NCBI GenBank assembly: GCA_964348425.1
Contig: CAYGCV010000001.1
Location: forward strand, 1 to 42,694
Origin: an uncultured Vicinamibacteraceae bacterium
Lineage (GTDB): Bacteria; Acidobacteriota; Vicinamibacteria; Vicinamibacterales; UBA8438
Direction of reading: 5' to 3'
Length of the DNA stretch: 42,694 bases
Both the position numbers and the translations under genes were made by a program. Under the pieces are notes generated by a model, which was not told the DNA's origin, searched no databases, and saw only the letters and a program-made list of their open reading frames with translations. Shown in pieces: positions 1 to 8,551 of the stretch (positions are counted from its first letter, which is position 1; every line of letters starts with the position of its first letter).

Positions 1-46
1 AGTTCTCGCCTATGATTGTCGCACCGATTTTCTACGGCGCAGACTC

Positions 47-2155
47 CTAGCGGCTGGCCAGGTCGCGCTCGGCCTGCTCGCGGATGTAGTGGCGTAGCGC
101 GGTGAGCTGCTGGTCGGTCAGCTCGGGGTAGGCGGGCATGCCCCGCGCGTTGCGGCCGTCGCGGAGGACGCGGGCGAACGCCGCCGCCGACAGCACGGCG
201 CCCGAGGCGCGCAGGTCGGGCGCCATGCCGGACGACATGGCGCCGCGCCCGTGGCACGAGCTGCAGACGCCGCCGTACTCCCGCGCGCCCTGCTGGGCCA
301 GGCCGGCGTCCACCTCGAAGAAGGCCGCCTCGACCGGCACCGGGACGCGCGGCGGGGGAGACGCGGGCAGCTCGGCGCCGCCGTCCAGCGCGAAGGCGAT
401 CAGGCGCCGCGGGTGCACGCCGTACGACCAGCCGTGCGCGGCTTCGCTCGGGCCGCCGACGCCGGCCATGGCGCCGCCCCAGCCGACCAGCAGGGCCACG
501 TACTGGCGGCCGTCGACCGCGTAGGTGATGGGCGGCGCGGAGATGCCCGAGCCGACGTGGAAGCGCCACAGCTCGGCGCCGCTCGCCGCGTCGTGGGCGA
601 CCAGGTTGCCGTCGGCGCGTCCCTGGAACACCAGGTTGCCCGCCGTCGTGAGCGTCCCGGCGTTCCACATGCCTTCGAGCGGGACCTCCCACACCTGCTG
701 CCGGCGCACGGGATCCCAGGCCTGCAGCGACCCGATCACGTCGTCCTCGCGCGAGGAGCCGAGGCGGCGCGTGGAGACCCCCGTGTCGGACCTGCCGACC
801 GGCGAGCGCCAGCCGTCGATGTCGATGCCCTCGTCCGTGAACCGGTACGAGAGGTGGATGGTCGGGATGTACGCGAGGCCGGTCTGCGGGTTGTACGACA
901 TCGCGTGCCAACTGTGGCCGCCGATGGGTCCCGGCGAGATCAGGGCAGGAGCGGTCTCGTAGCGCGCGCCGGGCACCTCGACGGGCCGGCCCGTGGCCGT
1001 GTCGACGGCGCTCGCCCAGGTGACCTCGGTGAACGGCTCGGCCGAGATCAGCCGCCCGTCGGCGCGGTCGATCACGTAGAAGAAGCCGTTCTTGGGCGCA
1101 TGCATCAGCGCCTTCACCGGCCGGTCGTCGATCGTGAGATCGGCCAGCACGATGTCCATGTTCGAGTTGTAGTCCCAGGTCTCGCCCGGCGTCGTCTGGT
1201 AGTGCCAGCGGTACTCGCCGGTGTCCGCGTCGAGCGCCACGACGGAGCACAGGAACAGGTTGTCGCCGCCGCCCGGGCTGCGGATCTTCCGGTTCCACGG
1301 CGACCCGTTGCCGGTGCCGATGTAGACGGCGTCGAACTCGGGATCGTAGGTGAAGCCGTGCCAGGCGTTGCCGCCGCCGCCGAACTCCCACCACTCGCCC
1401 GTCCAGGTCTCGGCCGCCATGGCCATCGCCTCGTTCTCGAACCCGTCCGCGGGATTGCCCGGCACAATGTGGAAGCGCCACGCCTGCGCGCCGGTCTCGG
1501 CGTCGTACGCCGTGACGTAGCCGCGGGCGGCGCCGTTCTCGGTGCCGCCGTTGCCGACCAGCACCTTGCCCTTGAACACCTTGGGCGCGCCGGTGATGTA
1601 GAAGGGCGCGTCGGCGTCGATGGTCGTGGTGCTCCACAGCTCGCGTCCGGTCCCGGCGTCGATGGCGTTCAGCCGCCCGTCCCACGTGGCGACGTACACC
1701 TTGCCCTTCCAGAACGCGATGCCCCGGCTGTGGTCCCAGCCCACCCGCAGGCGGCGGCTGGCGTGCCCGGCGACGTCGGGGTCGTACTCCCAGAGCAGGG
1801 CGCCGGTCGCCGCGTCCACGGCGCGCACGACGTTCATGCTGCGGACGAAGTACATGACGCCGTCCACGACCAGCGGGGTCGAAACCAGGCCGCGGTCGCC
1901 CGGCAGATCGACGTACCAGTCCACCGCGAGGCGGCCGACGGTGGCGGTGTCTATCCGGGTGAGCGGGCTGAAGCGCTGCTCGCTGTAGGTGCGGCCGAAC
2001 GCGAGCCAGTCGTTGCCCGGGGATTCGGCGGCGAGCGCGGCGTCGTCAACCAGCCGCGGGGGCGCCTGCTGCGCGAACGGGAGCAACGGCAACGAAGCGA
2101 GCGTCGCGAGGGCAAGGCCGGCGGCGAGGCCGGCGCAGCGTTTCGTGGCTACCAT
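47..2155 (-). CDS. Secreted PQQ-dependent quinohemoprotein dehydrogenase (beta-propeller plus C-terminal cytochrome c domain)
   Basis: Track ORF 47..2218(-). Propeller-type motifs 'WKGKVYVATWDGRLNAIDAGTGRELW', 'APKNGFFYVIDRADGRLI', 'LVAHDAASGAELWRF'. C-terminal heme-c site CxxCH ('CSSCHG'). Start trimmed to ATG 2155 (signal peptide 'MVATKRCAGLAAGLALATLA'), preceded by GGAGGTGGG SD. Confidence 0.88.
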   Translation of the reverse strand: MVATKRCAGLAAGLALATLASLPLLPFAQQAPPRLVDDAALAAESPGNDWLAFGRTYSEQRFSPLTRIDTATVGRLAVDWYVDLPGDRGLVSTPLVVDGVMYFVRSMNVVRAVDAATGALLWEYDPDVAGHASRRLRVGWDHSRGIAFWKGKVYVATWDGRLNAIDAGTGRELWSTTTIDADAPFYITGAPKVFKGKVLVGNGGTENGAARGYVTAYDAETGAQAWRFHIVPGNPADGFENEAMAMAAETWTGEWWEFGGGGNAWHGFTYDPEFDAVYIGTGNGSPWNRKIRSPGGGDNLFLCSVVALDADTGEYRWHYQTTPGETWDYNSNMDIVLADLTIDDRPVKALMHAPKNGFFYVIDRADGRLISAEPFTEVTWASAVDTATGRPVEVPGARYETAPALISPGPIGGHSWHAMSYNPQTGLAYIPTIHLSYRFTDEGIDIDGWRSPVGRSDTGVSTRRLGSSREDDVIGSLQAWDPVRRQQVWEVPLEGMWNAGTLTTAGNLVFQGRADGNLVAHDAASGAELWRFHVGSGISAPPITYAVDGRQYVALLVGWGGAMAGVGGPSEAAHGWSYGVHPRRLIAFALDGGAELPASPPPRVPVPVEAAFFEVDAGLAQQGAREYGGVCSSCHGRGAMSSGMAPDLRASGAVLSAAAFARVLRDGRNARGMPAYPELTDQQLTALRHYIREQAERDLASR

Positions 2156-2257
2156 GTCCCACCTCCGGACCGTGCCGGGAGCCAGCCCCCAGGAACGGGC
2201 GCGGGACCCCGACCCCATTGGTCGAGCGGCAAGCCGGAGCCGCGGGCAACGAGCGGG

Positions 2258-2890
2258 TCAGTCGTGAATGGTGATCGGGACCGACGCGGCCATCTGGCCC
2301 CACTCGAACCCGAACATGTCGCTCGTCACCGACAGCGTCAACTGGTCGGCGGGCGGGTCGAGGTCCTCCACGTCCATCGCGACGTGCGCGACGTCTTGGC
2401 TCGCGTCGTACTGCGTGCCCCACTGGCCGGTCTGGCTGTTGACGATCAGGTGGAACTCGTCGCCCATGTGCGCGGCCCAGAGCGTGTACTCGCCGGCCGG
2501 GATGTGGGCGTCGCGAATCATCAGGTCCTTGTCGGTGACGAGCGTGGTCGCCTCGTCGGCGCCCAGCCGCCACACCATGCTGCCCATCGGCTCGACGCTC
2601 TCGCCGACCACCCGCTCTCTCAGGTACGGCCGGCCGTAGCTGATGGAGATGTTGGCGTCGTCGACCATCCAGTCGACCTGGACGTGCGGGCTGCCGGCCT
2701 GGCCGGGGTGGACCTCCATGGCCTTGCCGCCGCCCAGCATCTCGGGCGTCGAGGTGGGCGCGGCCGCCGCCTCGGGTTCTGGTTCGGGCATCGGTTCGGG
2801 GGCCGCTTCCTCGGCGGTATCCCCGCCGCACGCGACGGCGAAGGCGCACGTGAAGAGCAGTACGGAGAACAGGGGATGCTTGCGGATCAT
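2258..2890 (-). CDS. DUF2911-like lipoprotein
   Basis: Track ORF 2258..3337(-) trimmed to ATG 2890 (AGGAG SD in 'ccaggagttttccaATG'). Lipoprotein signal 'MIRKHPLFSVLLFTCAFAVAC', Pro/Glu linker, then 'ISYGRP..WRLGADEATT..IPAGEYTLW..HLIVNSQTGQWG', a pattern I recall for DUF2911. Confidence 0.75.
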   Translation of the reverse strand: MIRKHPLFSVLLFTCAFAVACGGDTAEEAAPEPMPEPEPEAAAAPTSTPEMLGGGKAMEVHPGQAGSPHVQVDWMVDDANISISYGRPYLRERVVGESVEPMGSMVWRLGADEATTLVTDKDLMIRDAHIPAGEYTLWAAHMGDEFHLIVNSQTGQWGTQYDASQDVAHVAMDVEDLDPPADQLTLSVTSDMFGFEWGQMAASVPITIHD

Positions 2891-2945
2891 TGGAAAACTC
2901 CTGGGTGCGTTGCCGGAATCGTTGTGAAGTCCTGCACTTGCGAGG

Positions 2946-2954
2946 AAATATAGC
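2946..2954 (-). promoter_or_regulatory. Extended -10 element TGCTATATT (DUF2911 gene)
   Basis: Reverse complement of 'aatatagca', about 55 nt upstream of ATG 2890, which has an AGGAG SD. Confidence 0.4.
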
Positions 2955-2970
2955 ATGCGCAGGCTGCAGG

Positions 2971-4350
2971 CTAATGGCCCTGCGCCGCGCGCGCGGCCGC
3001 GGCGCGCGCCTGGGCGATGCAGTCGGGCAGCCCCACGCCGCCGAAGGCGGCGCCGATCAACTGCAGTCCCGGCAGTCGGCCGAGCCGGGCCTCGATCGCG
3101 GCCAGGCGCGCCAGGTGGCCTACCTCGTGCTGGGGGTTGAGCCGCGGCCAGCGGTAGACGCGAGCGACGACGGGCGCGCCCCGCACGCCCAGCAGCTTGC
3201 CGAAGTCCCGGTGGACGCAGTCGATCAGGTCGGCATTCGCGCGCGCCAGCACGGCGCCGTCGCGGGCGCCGCCCAGGAAGCCCCGCAGCAGCACGTGGCC
3301 GGACGGCGCGCGGTGCGGCCACTTCGAGGAAACCCACGTGGCCGCCATCAGCGACACCCCGCGCTCGACGCGCGGGACGACGAACCCCGTGCCGCGGAGC
3401 GCGTGGCCGACGTCCGGGCGGGCGTAGCCCAGCGCCACGGTGGCGGTCGACGTGTAGGAGATGCCGCCGCAGAGCGCCCCCAGGTCGGCGTCGAGGGGGC
3501 GCACCAGATCGGCCGCGGCGTACGCCGGCACGGCCAGGACGACCTGGCGCGCGGAGACCGGCTCGCCGCTGGTCAGCTCGAGCCGGTACGGGCCCGGGCC
3601 GGCGAGGCGCGCCACGCCGACGCCGGTCCGGACCGCGGCGGGGTCCAGCGTGCGGGCGAGGGCCGCCACCAGCTCCCCGATGCCGCTCGGCAGCGACCGG
3701 AACAGGCCGTGCGCCGGCCGCCCGTCCCGCAGCGAGCCGAGGCCCCGGATGATGCTGCCGTGACGCGCTTCCGCCTCGAGCAGCCGCGGGAACAGCGCGC
3801 GCACGGACAGGCGGTCGACGTCGCCGGCGTGGATGCCTGCCAGCAGGGGCTCGGCGATGTAGTCGACCACCTCGCGGCCGAAGCGGCGGCCGAAGAACGA
3901 CGCGATCGACTCGTCGTCCCCGTCGCCCGCCGGCCGGCCGGGAACCAGGCGCTCCAGGGCCATGCGCAGCCGGCCGCGCGCCGAGAGCAGCCCGCTCGTC
4001 ACCAGCGGCAGCAGCCGGGTGGGGACGCCCAGCACCGAGGCGTCCGGCAACGCGTGGAGCCGGCCGGCGCGCAGCACGAAGGCGGTGCGGGGCTCACGGG
4101 TCGGGACGAGGCGCCCGGCCAGCCCCAGCTCGCTGCACAGCTCGATCGCGGCCGGCTTCTGCACCAGCAGGGCGTCCGGGCCGCCGTCGATCGTGAAGCC
4201 GTCGATCTGCTCCGTGCGGATGACGCCGCCGAGGCGGGACGATCGCTCGAGCAGCACGTGCGGCACGCGGCGCGCCCGCAGCTCGTAGGCCGCGGCCAGG
4301 CCGCTGATGCCCCCTCCCACGACCGCCACGTCGACGTGTGTGTCAGGCAC
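2971..4350 (-). CDS. hemY: HemY-type protoporphyrinogen/coproporphyrinogen oxidase (FAD)
   Basis: N-terminal FAD fold 'VAVVGGGISGLAAAYEL', 'LGGVIRTEQIDGFTIDGGPDALL'. GTG start at 4350 overlaps the hemE stop by 8 nt (operon hemE-hemY). Confidence 0.88.
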   Translation of the reverse strand: MPDTHVDVAVVGGGISGLAAAYELRARRVPHVLLERSSRLGGVIRTEQIDGFTIDGGPDALLVQKPAAIELCSELGLAGRLVPTREPRTAFVLRAGRLHALPDASVLGVPTRLLPLVTSGLLSARGRLRMALERLVPGRPAGDGDDESIASFFGRRFGREVVDYIAEPLLAGIHAGDVDRLSVRALFPRLLEAEARHGSIIRGLGSLRDGRPAHGLFRSLPSGIGELVAALARTLDPAAVRTGVGVARLAGPGPYRLELTSGEPVSARQVVLAVPAYAAADLVRPLDADLGALCGGISYTSTATVALGYARPDVGHALRGTGFVVPRVERGVSLMAATWVSSKWPHRAPSGHVLLRGFLGGARDGAVLARANADLIDCVHRDFGKLLGVRGAPVVARVYRWPRLNPQHEVGHLARLAAIEARLGRLPGLQLIGAAFGGVGLPDCIAQARAAAARAAQGH

Positions 4351-5401
4351 TGCGGGCGTGGACGAACTGCGCCAGCGCCTGGACGTGCTCGACCGGCGTC
4401 TCCGGCAGGATGCCGTGCCCGAGGTTGAAGATGTGCCCGGGACGGCCCGCTGCCTGCCGGAGGACGCGGTCGGCGCCCGCCAGCAGGCGGTCGATCGGTC
4501 CCAGCAGCAGCGTCGGGTCGAGGTTGCCCTGCACCGCCTTGTCCGCGCCGATCCGTTCCCACGCCTCGTCGAGCGGAATGCGCCAGTCCACGCCGACCAC
4601 GTCGCCGCCGGCCTCGGCCATCGCCTCGAGCAGGGTGGCGGTGCCGGTCCCGAAGTGGATGACCGGCACGCCGGTTGCCTGCACCGCGCGCAGGATGCGC
4701 GTGGTGTGGGGCCGAGCGAACTCGTGATAGTCGCGCGCGCACAGGGCGCCCACCCACGAGTCGAACAACTGGACGGCCTGCACGCCGGCTTCGACCTGGG
4801 CCAGCAGGTACTCGCTGACGACCGTGGCCAGGGTGTCGCACAGGTCGTGCCAGACGGCCGGCTCGCCGTACATCAGCGCCTTCGTGCGGGTGTAGCTGCG
4901 CGATGCGCCGCCTTCCACCGCGTAGGAGGCGAGGGTGAAGGGCGCTCCGGCAAAGCCGATGAGCGGCACGCGTCCGTCCAGCTCGTGCCGCACGAGGCGG
5001 ATCGTGGCCAGCACGTGCGGCAGCGCCTCCCGCGGGTCGCAGCGGCGGAGCCGGCTCACGTCTTCGGCCGCACGGACGGGGCGCTCGATGACGGGGCCCT
5101 CGTTCTTGACGAAATCGAACGGGATGCCCATCGGCTCGAGCGGCAGCAGGAGGTCCGAGAAGAGGATGGCCGCGTCGACCTCGATCCGCTCGACCGGTTG
5201 CAGCGTCACCTCGGCGGCCAGATCCGGGCGCCGGCAGATGTCCAGCAGGGTGTGGCGGGCCCTGATGGCCCGGTACTCCGCCATGTAGCGGCCGGCCTGC
5301 CGCATGAACCAGACCGGCGTGACATCGACCGGCTCCCGGCGGCAGGCCCGCAGGAAGTTGTCGTTCACGCTTGGTATGGTACTACTCTGTTCCGATGCCA
5401 T
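4343..5401 (-). CDS. hemE: Uroporphyrinogen decarboxylase
   Basis: 'FLRACRREPVDVTPVWFMRQAGRYMAEYR' is the canonical URO-D N-terminal signature. Alternative, more homology-like start is GTG at 5368 ('VNDNFLRAC'). Confidence 0.92.
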   Translation of the reverse strand: MASEQSSTIPSVNDNFLRACRREPVDVTPVWFMRQAGRYMAEYRAIRARHTLLDICRRPDLAAEVTLQPVERIEVDAAILFSDLLLPLEPMGIPFDFVKNEGPVIERPVRAAEDVSRLRRCDPREALPHVLATIRLVRHELDGRVPLIGFAGAPFTLASYAVEGGASRSYTRTKALMYGEPAVWHDLCDTLATVVSEYLLAQVEAGVQAVQLFDSWVGALCARDYHEFARPHTTRILRAVQATGVPVIHFGTGTATLLEAMAEAGGDVVGVDWRIPLDEAWERIGADKAVQGNLDPTLLLGPIDRLLAGADRVLRQAAGRPGHIFNLGHGILPETPVEHVQALAQFVHARSA

Positions 5402-6135
5402 ACCTGCGGTTCTCGCGCAACCGGCGCGGCTACGAGCACACCTACGTCCTCCATACGTTCCGTCGCGAGGGGGAGTCCAAGCCGCGCCTCCTGTACTGGT
5501 TCCGGACGCCGCCCGGCGTCAGGGTCGGCCGCCATCCGCTCGACGAGCAGGCCATCCGTGCGATCGAGGAGAACCACCCGAGCCTCGCGTTCGATTGGGG
5601 CCGCATGCTCAAGGTGCAGCCGCCGCCCGCGCCGGATGCCGAGCGCCGCGGGAAGCCGCAGCGGACCGCGCGGCCGGGCCGCGGCGCCGGTTCGGGGCGG
5701 GCGGCCCGGCCGTCGGCCGCGGGCGGCGGCCAGCCGCGCCCGCGCCGCGGGCAGCAGGGCGAGCCGCCGCCGCCCGAGCCGGAACCGATGCCCGGGGAGC
5801 CGGAGCCGATGCCCGAGTTCGAGGCGGACGAGCCGGCTCCGGCGTGGCGCCATCCGGTGGTGGCGCTGATGGGCGACGAGATGCTCGAGCGGCTGCGGGC
5901 GCGCTACGCGGAAATCAAGGTCCGGATTGCCGAGAAGCGGATCGACCCGGACGCGCGCGACGCGCTGCGGACGCGGGCCGAGACGCTCAACCCCGACGGC
6001 TGGGCCACGACGGAGGACGCCGTGCGGGGCATCGAGCGGTTCGAGGTCGAGGCCGAGGCCATCAGGGGCAGCCTCGGCCGGCGCCGGCCGCGCACGCGCC
6101 GGGCCGCCGGCACGGGCGACGATTCGCCGTCGTAA
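5395..6135 (+). CDS. Hypothetical protein (ordered N-domain, Pro/Arg/Gly/Glu-rich linker, helical C-domain)
   Basis: Track ORF 5371..6135(+). Start moved to ATG 5395 ('MPYLRFSRNRRGYEHTYVLHTFRR') because an extended -10-like TGGTATGGT lies at 5372-5380. No family recognised. Confidence 0.55.
   Translation: MPYLRFSRNRRGYEHTYVLHTFRREGESKPRLLYWFRTPPGVRVGRHPLDEQAIRAIEENHPSLAFDWGRMLKVQPPPAPDAERRGKPQRTARPGRGAGSGRAARPSAAGGGQPRPRRGQQGEPPPPEPEPMPGEPEPMPEFEADEPAPAWRHPVVALMGDEMLERLRARYAEIKVRIAEKRIDPDARDALRTRAETLNPDGWATTEDAVRGIERFEVEAEAIRGSLGRRRPRTRRAAGTGDDSPS
5776..5817 (+). repeat. Imperfect 21-bp in-frame tandem repeat (19/21 identical)
   Basis: gagccggaaccgatgcccggg / gagccggagccgatgcccgag, encoding 'EPEPMPG/EPEPMPE' in the linker of the 5395..6135 protein. 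Confidence 0.8.
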
Positions 6136-6150
6136 AGCCGCCCCGGGCTT

Positions 6151-6159
6151 TGCTATAAT
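6151..6159 (+). promoter_or_regulatory. Extended -10 element TGCTATAAT (VWA gene)
   Basis: Exact TGnTATAAT. It overlaps the first ATG (6158) and ends 10 nt before the second ATG (6170). Confidence 0.4.
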
Positions 6160-7534
6160 GCGAGCCATTATGCGTACTTCCAGACGCTCGTATACACGCG
6201 CGGCGGGACGTTGGGCGTGCGCGGCGGTCGCGGTCGTCGCGCTGGGCGCCATCGCCGGCGCACAGCCGCCGGGCCAGGAGCGGCTCGGCCCGGAGGATGT
6301 CGGCCGCATCCTCACGGGCAGCCAGGCGCCCATCTTCCGTTCCGGCGTCACCCTCGTGACGACGGACGTCATCGCCCGGGACGAGAACGGCGTTTTCATC
6401 CCGGATCTGACCCGGGACGAGATCACCGTCCTCGAGGACGGGCAGCCGCAGGAGATTGCCTCGCTGGTGCTGGTGCACGGCGGGCGCGTCTACAACCAGT
6501 TGCTGCCGCCGGCGCCGGTGCAGGAAGGCATCGTGCTGCCGCCGTCCAGGCCGGTGAACGACACCGCGGGCCGCATCTTCATCCTCTTCGTCGACGATCT
6601 CCATCTGAACACGAGCCTGACGCCGAAGATCCGGCAGGTGTTCGAGACCATCGCCGACACGCTGATTCACGAGGGCGACCTGTTCGGCATCGTCTCGAGC
6701 GGGCCGTCCGCCATCAACGTCCAGATGACCTACGACCGGGCGCTGCTGTACTCGGCGATGGGCCGCATCACGGGCGACGGCTTCTCCAACCAGGAGATGA
6801 TCGAGCAGTTGTCGGGCGGCCCGGGCGGACCGGGCGAGTTGCGCTGGCGCGCGCACAAGGCCTTCAAGCTGGCGCGCGACATCGTGCGCAACCTCGAGGA
6901 CGTCGAGAACCGCCGCAAGGTGTTCGTCTACCTGAGCAGCGGCTACGACTTCAACCCGTACGAGTACGAGCGGTTCCGGCAGAGCCCCATCGGCCGCGCC
7001 ATCGGCAGCATACAGGAGGCGGCCAACGCCAACGATTCCTTCTACCAGGGCATCACCGACCGCGACATCGACATGTTCAACGTGAACGAGCGGCAGGGAA
7101 CCGTCTTCGCGGACAGCGACCTGGCGCTCGAGCTCAAGCAGCTCACGCTGGCGGCCAACCGCGCGAACGCCTCGTTCTACACCATCGATCCGCGGGGGCT
7201 GGTGGCCGGGCCGGACATCGGCTACGACGTGCCGTTGCGGGAATGGCGCGACCACGTCTTCCAGACCCAGAACTCGCTGCGGCTGCTGTCGGAGCTGACT
7301 GGCGGCATGGCCGTCGTGAACCGCAACGATTTCGAGGACGCGCTCGAGGAGATCGACGCGGAGACGAGCGACTACTACGTGCTCGGCTTCTACTCGAGCA
7401 ATCCGGATCCCACGTTCCGGACGCGGCGCCTGCAGGTGGAGATCAACCGCGAGGGTGCGGAAGTGCGACACCGCACCCACTACTCGTTCCCGCGGCAGCA
7501 GGAGCAGCCGGTTCTCACGAGCGCGGGAGGCTGA
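6158..7534 (+). CDS. Secreted VWA-domain protein (VWFA-related acidobacterial-type)
   Basis: Track ORF 5927..7534 trimmed to ATG 6158 (or ATG 6170). Signal peptide 'AAVAVVALGAIAGAQ'. 'FRSGVTLVTTDVIARDENGVFIPDLTRDEITVLEDGQPQEI' plus VWA strand 'IFILFVDDLH' resemble the TIGR03436-type family (recalled). Confidence 0.8.
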   Translation: MRAIMRTSRRSYTRAAGRWACAAVAVVALGAIAGAQPPGQERLGPEDVGRILTGSQAPIFRSGVTLVTTDVIARDENGVFIPDLTRDEITVLEDGQPQEIASLVLVHGGRVYNQLLPPAPVQEGIVLPPSRPVNDTAGRIFILFVDDLHLNTSLTPKIRQVFETIADTLIHEGDLFGIVSSGPSAINVQMTYDRALLYSAMGRITGDGFSNQEMIEQLSGGPGGPGELRWRAHKAFKLARDIVRNLEDVENRRKVFVYLSSGYDFNPYEYERFRQSPIGRAIGSIQEAANANDSFYQGITDRDIDMFNVNERQGTVFADSDLALELKQLTLAANRANASFYTIDPRGLVAGPDIGYDVPLREWRDHVFQTQNSLRLLSELTGGMAVVNRNDFEDALEEIDAETSDYYVLGFYSSNPDPTFRTRRLQVEINREGAEVRHRTHYSFPRQQEQPVLTSAGG

Positions 7535-7547
7535 GCATCGTTGCGGA

Positions 7548-8543
7548 ATGCCTGACGAGCGGGCGCGTGGGGCGCGGAAGGGGAGTTCCGTGATCGGGCG
7601 GTTCGTTTCCGCGCACCGCGCCGTTCAGGTCGCCGGTGTCGCCGCGTTTGTCTTCTGCTTCGGGGCGGTCGGCCAGGCGCCGCACGCCGGGCCGGCCGCT
7701 GCCGTGCCGGCGCCGCGGGCCGCGCCGGACCCGGCCGTCGATCCGCCTCGGGTCCTCGACGTCACCGACCTGCGGCAGCCGCGCATCCGCGCCCGCGCCG
7801 CGATGATCTACAACCCGACGACCCACGAGATCCTGTGGGAGTCGAACGGCTTCGAGCAGCGGTCCATCGCCAGCATCACCAAGGTGATGACGGCGCTCGT
7901 GTTCCTCGAGCCGCGGCCGGACCTGGATGGCGACGTCGTGATCTCCCGGCGCGACGTCCGGCGCGCGTCGACCACGTATCTCCGCCGCGGCGAGGTGGTG
8001 TCGTTGTACCACCTCCTGCATCTGGCGCTGGTGGCGTCGGACAACGTCGCGGCGCGCGCTCTCGCGCGCGTCTCGCCATGGGGCACCGCCGGGTTCGTCG
8101 AGCAGATGAACGCGACGGCGGCCGCGCTCGGCCTGCGTGAGACCGCCTTCACCGATCCGTCCGGGCTCCACAGCGGCAACGTCTCGACGGCCTACGACAT
8201 CTCGCGGCTCATCGCGCACGCCACGAAGCGTCCCGTCATCTCCAGCATCATGCGCAAGCAGGAGCACCGGTTGCGCACCAGCCGGCGCCGGCTGACCGTG
8301 CGCAACACGAACCGGCTCCTGCGCGGCCGACTGCTCGTCCACGGCGGCAAGACCGGTTATATCGACGCGTCGGGCTATTGTCTGGCCACGGTGGTGAAGC
8401 TGCCCGATCACGACCCGCTGTCGCTCGTGGTGCTCGGCGCCGGCCCGGGGGAGCGGCGGTTCTCCGAAGTGCGGCGGCTCGCCACCTGGGTGTCGCGGAA
8501 CGGCGCGGCGCTCGCCGCGTCGGGCGTCCGGCCGGCCGATTGA
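7548..8543 (+). CDS. D-alanyl-D-alanine carboxypeptidase (S11 penicillin-binding protein)
   Basis: SxxK 'SITK', SxN 'SDN', KTG 'GKTG' in the right order. Alternative start GTG 7590, preceded by GGAAGGGGAG SD. Confidence 0.85.
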   Translation: MPDERARGARKGSSVIGRFVSAHRAVQVAGVAAFVFCFGAVGQAPHAGPAAAVPAPRAAPDPAVDPPRVLDVTDLRQPRIRARAAMIYNPTTHEILWESNGFEQRSIASITKVMTALVFLEPRPDLDGDVVISRRDVRRASTTYLRRGEVVSLYHLLHLALVASDNVAARALARVSPWGTAGFVEQMNATAAALGLRETAFTDPSGLHSGNVSTAYDISRLIAHATKRPVISSIMRKQEHRLRTSRRRLTVRNTNRLLRGRLLVHGGKTGYIDASGYCLATVVKLPDHDPLSLVVLGAGPGERRFSEVRRLATWVSRNGAALAASGVRPAD

Positions 8544-8551
8544 GCCCCGCC

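Noticed and set aside
251-2953. 900-aa plus-strand ORF spanning the whole PQQ dehydrogenase and DUF2911 region
   Set aside because: It is antisense to two genes with strong family signatures. Its translation is Arg/Ala/Gly/Pro/Val-rich low-information sequence with no motifs. Long stop-free antisense frames are expected in very GC-rich DNA.
5640-5830. Repetitive GC-rich stretch considered as a possible CRISPR-like or minisatellite array
   Set aside because: Only one imperfect 21-nt tandem pair is present. It is in frame within a Pro/Arg/Gly/Glu-rich linker of a protein-coding gene, and there is no repeat-spacer periodicity.
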